From contig OW569377.1 of NCBI GenBank assembly GCA_937625935.1, forward strand, positions 310,001 through 374,000: a stretch of DNA of 64,000 bases, written 5' to 3'. Shown here one piece after another: positions 10,725-21,024 of the stretch. Source of the DNA: Tetramitus jugosus. Lineage: Eukaryota; Protista; Heterolobosea. A program made the translations under genes and the position numbers. Numbering within the stretch: the first letter of the stretch is position 1; each line of letters opens with the position of its first letter. Below the pieces are notes generated by a model that saw only the letters and a list, made by a program, of their open reading frames with translations, ran no database searches and had not been told where the DNA came from.

Positions 10725-13700
10725 TTACTCTTGCCCATCATAAAATAGAGAAAAGAGCATTGTGGGCACATCCACTACATGTCTTCTCAGAGCTTCTTTT
10801 ATACTTTTCATGTCCTCGTTTCTTACCTCGGATTCTTTTGGCCACAATCGGACCTTGTTGTATAGTTGTTCCGATTGCAACGGATGCCTGTTAATATAAT
10901 GGAAAATAGTAGTCAAGATTTCAATCATCGAATGAGCAGAAACGTGAGGTACGAGATCCGTCAGGAAGGTAAAGGGTCTCCTGATCCACTGTCCCTTGTT
11001 TAAAATAGAGAGAATCAGTAATGTTCGATTCATTAATGATCGTTCCTCTGATACCTTCTTCGACTGTGGTACGATCAAACTCCAATCACCAATCAAATTT
11101 ACAATCAAACTGAATATCACAAAATCAAACGCGAGTAATCTCTCCGGATCATACTCAGCAATCAAATCGAGTATAGAGTACAGAATCGGGAATTTCAAGA
11201 ACATTTTTGCCAAAAAGATGTCCTTCTCAAACATTGGTTTCTTTGGTAGAGACTTGCAGTACTGTTCGTAAGTAGTTGTCAGTGAATAGATACGCAATCG
11301 GTTGAAAAGCTGAGAGGAGAGATACTGTGTTGCATCAGGAGATGAAAGGCACACAGTTATCAGGTGAATGACCGAAGCACTATTCCTCTCAATCAACTTT
11401 TGACTCTCGATATCTATTGCATTCTTATTGGATCTACGGGCTAAACTTCTGGAAGTTAAATGCATATGAACTTTTTGCGGATTAACAATCACAACACCTC
11501 GAGCTTGCAAATCGTTAAGCAAGTCAGTGTTCGCATGGTTGATATCCAGTCCTTCAGGGTTTATCATGGTTGAAAGTTCTCTCAGTAATGAAGGCTTAGT
11601 TTTCTCCGTTTTCGTCTTTTGAGGCTTTTTATGCCAATGCGAAAATAGAAAATCTGGTTGATTGTATTGTCCTTGTTGGTTCTGATACTTTGGTAGAGAG
11701 TCGTTCAATAACTCAACAATAGAGCTGTATTCTTGTAGCGGAAAATGGCATTGCTCATAAATTTGTCTCGACATTACAACATCTTGAGAATGCAATCGGG
11801 ACTCTGAGTGACGTGCAAATATAATATTGAACACGAAATTAAATAGACTATCGGTAATCTTTGGATTTGATTGCACCAATTGACTCAGAATAGTACACAA
11901 TTCGTTCTTTAGACTATCGATCCGTATTCCTCGTTGTTCATATCCTGATACGAAATCTCGATAAAATTCAATGTTTGATTTGTCTCGTTGATAATCCAAA
12001 TTATTTGACGAGCTGTTTGTTTCCATGCTTTGCACTTGGTCATTCTTCGGAGGCAATGGCTCAAGTACAAAAACAAAGAAAGAAACGACAGCACTTGCCA
12101 TACCGGATAAAATATACTTGGGTATCTTTTTGCGATGTAGGTTGAGCTCTTCCAGTGTTGTGTGGATCATCGTTAAGCAATTCATTGGATTGACTCCAGG
12201 CTCTCTTGGCTCATGGAACAAATATGGATAGAACGTCTGCCAATTCATGATAATCATTCGATACAAATAGTGCTTATACACAAAACTCTGTTCGCTTTTA
12301 AATTTGAGGTATTGTACCCATTCACATAAATTGTTTAAAATATTTACAGAGGTAGAATCATCTGTTTCTGAATGACTCTCGATGTGCGCTGATATCTCGA
12401 AGAACATCTTGTCAATCACATTCTGATCAAAGTCATGCAGATTAATCGAAAAAGTATTGAATAAGTTGATGAATAAAGAGCCAATAGAATTCCAAGCGAA
12501 ATTTGAGATTATATAGATCATAATATTGGTTGCGGTCGTGATTGAGGATAGACCTAATAACTCTGCAATGAATAACCATTTGTTGTTTGTGTGATCCTTA
12601 TCATCTTGAATCAAGTTCTTCAATACGTCTTGCGTGTTGTTCGATATCTCTGCTATTGATCTCAAGCTCTTCTCGTCGATATTTCGCGAGACATCTTGCG
12701 TTTCTGACATGTTCAAAAGCACGACATTTCGTTGATAGAGCGCGATAACTCTCATTAGACATGCTTCGAGAGTAGATTTAACAGATTGGTTCGGATGTGT
12801 CTCACTCAATGACATTAGTGCAGATAAACAATTAAATGTTTGATCTGCCAACTCATCAATTCTTCGACAGAGTAAATAACCAAACACGTCATCTCGACTT
12901 TCCTCGACATGATAAGGTACAAATGCTAGGGTGTTTTGACCGATTCGCTCCTTCACAAACTCAATCAAATCCTTAGTAAAAATGTTTAAAAATCCTTTGC
13001 ATTCTGCGATCAGTGTTAAAAACAGTGCAAAGAATAACTCATTCTGATACGTCCACTCACTTGCTCGACTCTGAATCAACAGATCATTCAAATGTGAGCC
13101 GATAAACGTGCGAATAAGTTTTGGATACTTTTGACACACGCACTCAAAAATGACTATAAACTTTTTGAGTAATCCTGTGCCATACATGTTGCTCAACATT
13201 CGAATTAAAATGGACTCGTCAAACAAATTCGGAAGAGAATTCCAATTTCCCAATTCCTTGTGCGTTATAATCAATATACTAGCCAACGAATAGCTTGTAA
13301 TTGGGAAAGGGTACTGTAGCGCCAGATAAACACAGATCCATTGATGTTGTGCACACTAAAAAACATGTTGTTTGAGTCACATGGCACTCCATAAAATTAA
13401 CAAAACACCAAAACACAAAAAGAGGTTCATGATGTGTACTTACCGATACAGCCCACATGAGATCCTCATAACGGACATCAATTTCATTACTCAGAGCGTC
13501 TCTAATTGAATGGATCTGAGCATCTCTTGATTGAAGCATCTGAATCTGATTTACACCATCGATAACAAACGTATTGGTACTCAATTGATCCGACACTGAC
13601 AATTTCAACAAGGCGAGTAAATTTTGACAAAACATGTCACGTTCCATCTCACCAATCACTTGCAACGCATCAGGACCACTGGCAAACTCAATCTCTTCAC

Positions 13701-14451
13701 TTCTTTTTTGCTTTTTCGATGGGAAGGCATCTCCACGATGATTCTCCTCCTCACCATCCTCACTACCATCCTCGTCATGCTCTGATTTCGTGCTCTTTAG
13801 ACACGGAACAGACAATTCAAAGCAACTGTCAAGTAGCCACTTGATCACTAACCTCCTTGCATCCACAATGATCGAACTCGTGAATGTTTCCTGTTGTTCC
13901 TCTTTTTGACCACTTGTAGTTCGTAAATCATGATTGATAAACGATTGAACATGTTTCAAAAACACATCAAACACCTCAATGGCATGCACTTCCAACTCTT
14001 GAGCTTGTCTCTTTAAGCTCTCTACCTTTCTCTTGATCTTGAATTGATTTCCCTTGTACAAGTGATGTGGAATGGCTTGTTCCTTTTTTATCGATTCTCT
14101 GCACAGTTCATATTGTTCCTTGTAGAGACACAACCGCTCAAACAATAAACGCAAAACATCTGACAATAAGCTACTACCACCACTAGTAGTAGTAGTGCTA
14201 CTACTATCATTCTTATGATAAACTTTTTTTTCGACATGTTCTTGAAAATGAGAGAAACACAATTGAAGAATCAAACGCAACGAAGAAGCCAAAGCAGGCA
14301 CATGAATGAGACCAATTGTTTGTAAAAAGTAGTGATACGAGTGGTGAATACTGTGAAAGTGGTGAGGAGAGAGTTTGTCTTCTTGGTGTGGTATGTGAAA
14401 AATGGAGTTGAGTAGTTGATGCACCTGGTGCTCTATATTGTTGTGAGGCAT
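10725..14451 (-). CDS. INTS5: Integrator complex subunit 5-like helical protein (2 exons, intron 13356..13443, ~1212 aa)
   Basis: A GTAAGT...TTTTTTAG intron joins the 390-aa and 853-aa ORFs in frame (AVS|CAQHQWICVYLALQYPFPI). The C-terminus EKDIFLAKMFLKFPILYSILDLIAE...LIGDW...LSILNKGQWIRRPFTFLTDLVPHVSAHSMIEILTTIFHYINRHP follows the INTS5 C-terminal pattern as I recall it. Confidence 0.65.
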
Positions 14452-14549
14452 TTTTGTTGTCCTCGTGTTGTTGTGTTGATCGTTTTCTTTGAAGAAAAAA
14501 AAATTATCAGCGAGAGAAAAAAAGAAGAGAAAGCTTTTTGGTCGAAACC

Positions 14550-15209
14550 ATGTCGTCGTTGTTGTTTATTCTGATTTGTCCAGTTGTGTTGGTAGCTGTG
14601 CTGTTCATTGTTCGGTTGTGGATGGTTCTTCCATCATCAAGAAAAAGTGCACAACAAACGAGACAACCAACAGAAAAGGTCAAAACATGTGTCGTTTTGG
14701 GCTCAGGTGGTCACACATCCGAAATGTGCGCTCTGATACAGTCCTTGGACACAGAAAAGTATGAATTTGAGTTTTTTGTGGCACATTCTGACGAAAAAAG
14801 TGAACCATTTGTCAGAGCTTTCTTTACAAAGCACCAGCGCGGCGATACCTCCCTTATTTTTCATCAGATACCTCGCAGCAGAGAAGTCAAACAGTCGTAT
14901 TTGACATCCGTGTTCACAACTTTGAAAGCATTGGTCTACACAACTAAACTTGTCGTGTCAACGATGCGTCCAGATCTCGTGTTGACCAACGGTCCAGGAA
15001 CTTGTGTTCCCGTTGTCTTTGCCAGCTATTTGCTCAGGATATTTGGATTGAAACATGTCAAGTTTATTTATGTGGAGAGTGCGGCAAGAGTAAAGTCCTT
15101 GTCACTCACTGGAAAGATTCTGTATCCATTCGTCGATCGATTTCTTGTCCAGTGGCCTGATCTTGTGGCCAAATATCGAGGAGCAGAGTACATTGGTCGT
15201 CTCTGTTGA
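14550..15209 (+). CDS. ALG14: UDP-N-acetylglucosamine transferase subunit ALG14
   Basis: N-terminal TM helix, KTCVVLGSGGHTSEM, IPRSREVKQSY, PDLVLTNGPGTCVP, YVESAARVKSLSLTGKIL, FLVQWPDL. Confidence 0.95.
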   Translation: MSSLLFILICPVVLVAVLFIVRLWMVLPSSRKSAQQTRQPTEKVKTCVVLGSGGHTSEMCALIQSLDTEKYEFEFFVAHSDEKSEPFVRAFFTKHQRGDTSLIFHQIPRSREVKQSYLTSVFTTLKALVYTTKLVVSTMRPDLVLTNGPGTCVPVVFASYLLRIFGLKHVKFIYVESAARVKSLSLTGKILYPFVDRFLVQWPDLVAKYRGAEYIGRLC

Positions 15210-15403
15210 TCACTGTCATGCGTGTCACAACACTCTGTTTGTGAACACAACAATAGTACAGTATCATAATAAGCAACCAAAAAAAAGTGGTTCATCGTGT
15301 CACTTCTGTGGCCTCTCTCCCATGCATTTTTTGTTCATTAAAAACAACATGTTTTAGTTGCCAATCTTGTTCACAACCCAGCAAGCAGAAGCAATTGTTG
15401 TGA

Positions 15404-15790
15404 TTACTTGTTGGTGAAGCTCAACATGGTCATCATGTTATCATATGGTCTCATCTTCTTCTTGTGAACATTGCGCACTTCCACCAATTTTTCATCCTTT
15501 TCATCAATCGAGTCATCATCATCATCATCCATCATCATGGCATCCAATTGTTGTTGTTGTTGTTGTTTTCTAGCTTCAACAGATGCTCTTCTTCCACTAG
15601 TACTACTATTGACAGTACCACCACCATTCGCAACCGACTTTCTTCTCTTACTGGTAGTGGTCGCTCCACTATTGCTGTTACTATTCGCACCATTATTGCT
15701 ACTCTTCTTCTTTTTTGATTTTGAAGCTTTGATTTCCTTTGTTGATAAATTCATGTCATTCTCTGGAGTCAAATTGTTGTTTAGTGTAGG

Positions 15791-15824
<34 letters not shown>

Positions 15825-16882
15825 GGTGAAAGAATAGAGTGCTCAGCGCCATCAAGTAGTGAAAAAGAGTCATTAAAAGTGTGATGCTGTTGTTGATGTT
15901 GTTGAAAATGATTATTATTATTGTTGTTATTGTGATTGTGCATCATGTTATTGTTCATGTGATGTTGCAAAATGGATTGTTGTTGTTGTTGTGATTGTGG
16001 ATGATGATGATGATGATGCATGGAATGAGGTTGATAGTAAGCTTGTGGTTGTGGTTGTTGATGGTGGTGTTGATGATGATGATTGAGATTTGGCAAAGGT
16101 GGAGTCATTGGTGAAGTGGTGGTAGTGTTACATAGGTGTTGTTGTTGTTGTTGGAGGTGATGGTGATGATGATGATGATGAGAATTGTTATTATTGTTCT
16201 TGTGATTTCCATTCAACACTTCTGACATGTACGCTTGAATCATTTGTTCCTGCAAGTTTGAGCTACTATGGTTATTATTATTATTATTATTGAATGATAA
16301 TGGTGATGATAGATATGACTGTTGTCTTTGTTGATGTTGATGTTGCGATGGAAGGAATGTTGGTGAAGAGGATTGATAAACATGTTGTTGTTGATGATGA
16401 TGATGATGATGAAATGGTGAAGATGAGGATGATGATGATGATGATGACATGGATGGAGAGTCAAGCATATGAACTGGGACATCAATGTAATCCTTTCTTC
16501 CTTCCAAAACTTGCATAATTTCCATGACTACATTAACAAAATCAATATTCCGATAAATATTTTCGACTAACCGCTGTTCTTGTGTAGTGGCTTGCGCACT
16601 CATGTTATTATGATTGTTGTCAGATGAGAGTGAAGGTGATGAACCTTGTTGAATTTTGGTCAAAATGTATTCTTGTTGTTCTGGACTGAGCATACCCATC
16701 AGTGATGTTGCTAAGCTTGAAAAATCTGCAGCACTACTATCATTGTTGTGACGATTGTTGCTATTGTTGCTATTGTTGTTATTGTTATTTTGATAGTGAT
16801 TGTTGTTCATGATTGGAGAGTGTTGTTGTTGTGGATATTGTTGTTGATGGAAATGGTGGGTTGTTGTTGGGAGAGAGTTCAT
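15404..16882 (-). CDS. 492-aa N/H/Q-rich low-complexity protein with basic clusters
   Basis: Continuous ORF with short structured islands (LSPEQQEYILTKIQ; IDFVNVVMEIMQVLEG) and the basic clusters KSKKKK and KRRKS. Confidence 0.65.
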
Positions 16883-17185
16883 GGTTGAATTGGTTGGTTT
16901 TTGTGTGTATTAGTTTTTTTCTATGGTTTATACTTTGGAATTTGCCTTCTTGGAGAATTCCGATGTCGGGAGCGGGTTAATTCAATGGAAGCCCTATTGA
17001 GGCATAGGAGGGTGAAGGTTGACTGAATGGGCAGCCGCGATATTCGACCCTGTTTTGACTCGTCAGGTTAACGCTCCATGGAACTCCATTAAGTCTTGAT
17101 CACGAGTGAAGAATCTTCACTATCACTATCATACCGAATTCAGATTTGGGATTGTATTTGAACAATTTGGAGATCCAAATCAAAG

Positions 17186-18121
17186 ATGAATAATCAAAAC
17201 AAGGTCATATACAGAGGGGTTGTCATTGTCTCCATAGTTGCTATCATTCTCATAACTTGTGGGATCTGTCAGAATGAGAGGGAAGATAGGAGAGGGAGCA
17301 AACAATTGAACAGCTTGATTTCAGTTGCTATCCAAAATGGACGGAAGAGTGATCAATTCCTGACTATCCTGCCCCCAAATTCTCTTCTCGAAAAGGCCAT
17401 CCCTTCATCCTGCTCTAGGCAATTGTATGGCATTGATTTACTCAATTCAGGCACTTTTGTTGGAGCTCTGGCTCGAGTGTACAACAGCAGTACACTGCGA
17501 ATCGGTGTCAGCACTCAGGCAAACTCCGAGCAGTTCTCAATCAACGGTTTAGGAGTTGTATCAGGTTTTCTTGCTGATGTTAGTCGACTTGTCACTAATC
17601 AAATGGGAATGATTCTAGGGAGAGAAATTGTTCCTTCTTTCGTTAGTTACCACTTCAATTCCTATTTTGAGGACACAATTGACTTGATCAACAGTGGAAA
17701 TGTTGACACTGTGGTGGGTGTTGTTTTTTTGACTTCCCGAGCTCGTAGTGTTGATTTCACTTGTGTTTTTGCGGATGCTTACCCACTAGCAATTTTCACT
17801 AATTCAGCTGTTGGCTTACCACCAGAAGTGGGAGTTCCTTCAAGTATCAAGGATTTGAATCGAGCTCAAATTCGAGTGTCAATTGTCAAAGGTTCGTTCA
17901 GTGAAAGTGTCGCAGAGAGATTCTTTCCATTGGCTAAGAGAGTGTATTTCGCTAAAGGAGATGATGCTTTCAACGCTGTGGGAAGAACCACGGATATTGT
18001 GTGTGATGATATGAACACTGTTGCGTTGTACAATGCCCAAAATCGGAATCGGTTAACCCTTGTGGAACACACTGAAACCTTGGTTGTCGGAGGGAATGCA
18101 TTCATTACAAAGAAGTATTAA
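17186..18121 (+). CDS. Solute-binding protein family 3 (PBP type 2)-like protein with N-terminal signal/TM anchor, copy 1 (SBP1)
   Basis: Hydrophobic N-terminus, then TLRIGVS, GFLADV, LINSGNVDTVV, SRARSVDFT, SIKDLN...RVSIVKGSFSE, DAFNAVGRTTDIVCDD: the SBP_bac_3 motif order. Confidence 0.85.
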   Translation: MNNQNKVIYRGVVIVSIVAIILITCGICQNEREDRRGSKQLNSLISVAIQNGRKSDQFLTILPPNSLLEKAIPSSCSRQLYGIDLLNSGTFVGALARVYNSSTLRIGVSTQANSEQFSINGLGVVSGFLADVSRLVTNQMGMILGREIVPSFVSYHFNSYFEDTIDLINSGNVDTVVGVVFLTSRARSVDFTCVFADAYPLAIFTNSAVGLPPEVGVPSSIKDLNRAQIRVSIVKGSFSESVAERFFPLAKRVYFAKGDDAFNAVGRTTDIVCDDMNTVALYNAQNRNRLTLVEHTETLVVGGNAFITKKY

Positions 18122-18140
18122 AATGATGGTTGGCTAGTTC

Positions 18141-20576
18141 CTACTTACTACCAACTTCCACATAGGGACAAAAGTTTGGAGCTCCAAGTCTTTCGTTCAA
18201 TTCAATCAATGGCTTGTCTCTGGGATATTCTGACAACAACTTCAAAACCAAAGAGTGAGCAGAGTCCAAATTGTTCTCTTCAATGAGTTGACTCACTTGA
18301 CATGTGCCGCTTTCCAGTTCTTTCTGTTTTTCTGTTGCTTGTTCTCTCTCACTCAACACTTCAAAAACATGAACTAAGGATGATTACAGAATGATGAAAG
18401 ATAATTAGGTGTCAGTAATTAGGGTTCCAACCAACGTTATGACAACAAGAAGAAAGAAGTACATACTGGGTTGAGATTTTCCTTTGACACAAACAAATGA
18501 AATCCATCGACAAACAAATTGTTCTTGAACTGCTTCTTTCGTCTTCGGTCCAATCATCAGTGTTGTATCATATCGTTTGTTGAGTGACATCAATCGACTG
18601 GCAACATTGACTGCATCACCCAATGCAGTGTAATTGACTCGAGATCGACTTCCCACATTCCCAACATAACACATATCTGTATTCACTCCCATTTGAATCG
18701 CAATACTGGGAAAGCCCCTCGTTATCCACTCTTGATTCAATTCACATACTCGGTGATAAACTTTACAACATGCTCGAATTGATCTGATTTCGTGATCATC
18801 AATACTCAACGGTGCATTGAATAGACACATGATTCCTTCAGATAGGTACTTGTCGATTACGCCTCCTTCATCAGTTATAATTTGAGAGAAAGAAGTGAAC
18901 ATGATTTGCAACATTTCCACAATGAGATTTGGTGAGAAATCCTTGGTGTCCTCTACTCTTGTTTCGATGAACACAATTGTCGTTCTTCTCCTCACAACTC
19001 CGAGTTTAGCACTTGCATTTCTTGAAATTAACACTCGAACAACATCTGAAGGCACATAGGCATCAAAACATCGAAGTCCATTTTTCAATTGCTTGATGGA
19101 TTCTGTCATGACTGACATCTCAAAGAATGAATGAGAGTGAACCTTGTTTCGACGTGCAAAGTTCATCTTTGTAATTTTCACAAATTCTTTCGAGATTTCA
19201 TACAATGGAACTGAAATCAGTATGCTGAGGATGAGAGCAATCAGAAGCGATCCAATGATAGTACAAATTGTCACAATGGCCAAGACTCGGTTTGACTTGT
19301 CCACGACCTTCAGAACAACTCCTTCTGACAGTACGTTTATCAAGTTCCAATTGAGACCAAAATTATCTCTGAATCCAATGAGGGATATCTGCCTTTTCTT
19401 CCCCGTGGAATCAACAAAATTCAAACCAACAAAACTTCTAGGATTTACAGCCAGAGGTACTCCTAAAGAAGCTACTATAACCTCTGCTGATTCCCGAATC
19501 ACAAAATCTGTGCTGTTTCTTGCGTCGACCATTTTGGGATTGTTAGGATCAGTTTCATCGGTAATGTTTCCACTGTTCGCAGCAACTAATGTCATATCGC
19601 TCTGCACAACATACAATCTTGTTTCTGGAAAAACAACAAGAGATTTCAAGAAGTCGGAAAGAGTTTGGAGATTGATTCCAACGCTAAATACACCATAAAA
19701 GCTCCCATCATTCACATCAAAGTATGGTCCGCTCACTGCCATAGTCATGTGAGGAGGCCGTGTTATGGTGAAGAGAATGGGCCCCCATTGAATCGCTCCC
19801 GTCTTCTTTGCATTCACATACCAAGATCGTTCGGTTGGAAAATATCCACGGTGGACATCGTTTGACCTAGGAGCTACATCCAACAAGTTGTTCGTTTGAT
19901 GATTGAACAGAATTCCATCTCCATGCGATAATCCCATTATGAACCTTTGAGGAGGAACAGCAGTATCGTTAATCATTACCCCAGTGAAGTAATTGTAACG
20001 TGTTCCGTACCATATCGTTGTGATTTGGGGATTTTTAAGTTGACTGAACATGAATATCTCTTGAATTTTTCTACTTTTCTCATTACTAGAGTCACTGAAA
20101 CTAAGCCCAGACCGATCTCCCCATTCAGTATCCTTTATCAATGTTTGAACAAGAAAGGGTCCAGCTGACACATAGTTTTGCAAGTGATTCAGCACTTGGA
20201 GGGTCAACAAGTCTCTTTGAATCTTGGTCTCTTGTCTAATGCCATTCCGTATCACAAAGTAATTAAACAACCAGAGTGAGACTCCAATGGCCACCAGGGA
20301 AGCCAATAGAGTCACGAGAAAAACAACACTGAAACTCCAAGAGAATCGAAGCACCTTCAAAATCATGCAAAAAACTCGTCGTTTTCCTTTCTCGTTCGTG
20401 CTCGGTTCAAATGCATTGCACCATGGGTGAAGATGATCTTCTTCAGTGCAGGATGCTTCTTTGGGAAAAATATCGGGTGAATGTGGTTGAGGGTTCATTG
20501 TCTGATCATTGTGCTGTGAAGGGAGAGAATGCTCTGTACTGATCACAGGGCGATTCCACTCTAGTTCTCGAGACAT
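18141..20576 (-). CDS. Receptor-type class III adenylate cyclase-like protein (TM-Cache-TM-HAMP-cyclase), copy 1 (AC1); intron 18374..18466, ~780 aa
   Basis: Two TM helices flank a Cache-like domain (YFPTERSWY...WGP...SGPYFD). These are followed by HAMP-like ISVPLYEISKEF, YVPSDVV, GGVIDKY, GNVGSRSRVNYTALGDAVNVASRL and VKGKSQP|IHVFEV after splicing GTATGT...TTAG. Confidence 0.9.
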
Positions 20577-21024
20577 TTGTGCACTGTGGTGGTGTTATTG
20601 TCCTTGAACAGAAAGACAGGAATGTTATGTGATTGTAGTTGCAAAAATAGTTCAGGAAGGAGATCAATTTCCCATTACATATCATCCTGAACTTTATCCC
20701 AAATCGCTCAAGTCGCGAGATTTTACCCACACTGAACACTTATTTTTAACTGTCAGGTCAGTCAATTCCAATACAAGTCGATTCAACATGATGAAACGAT
20801 GATCGAGACAAAAAGAATCAGTTCATACAGATTGAATCTCTGCAACAAAACGACACACGACAAGGCCGCACCACACTGATGGCTTCTGAGAAGCTGTGAA
20901 ACCAAAATAGGCACCGATTTGTACTTGTGTTTGTCACATTGGATCTTGCACGGTCTATTTTGGAAAGAAATCTTCACATAACATTTCCTGATCTTTCTGG
21001 GTGGAAAACCAAAACACATCACAA

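Noticed and set aside
15404-16882. Long (CAA/CAT/AAT)n tracts as satellites or CRISPR-like repeats
   Set aside because: They are in-frame homopolymeric amino-acid runs common throughout this genome, with no repeat-spacer structure.
18121-18141. Very short stop-to-stop gaps between SBP and AC genes as evidence of special antisense regulation
   Set aside because: Unrelated convergent pairs here are equally tight (8738/8755, 10698/10725, 49413/49450, 59872/59887), so this is general genome compaction.
18405-18466. Hydrophobic C-terminal tail MYFFLLVVITLV in the cyclase ORFs, suggesting an extra TM helix
   Set aside because: It is read-through into the intron; splicing gives the canonical KGKSQPIHVFEV.
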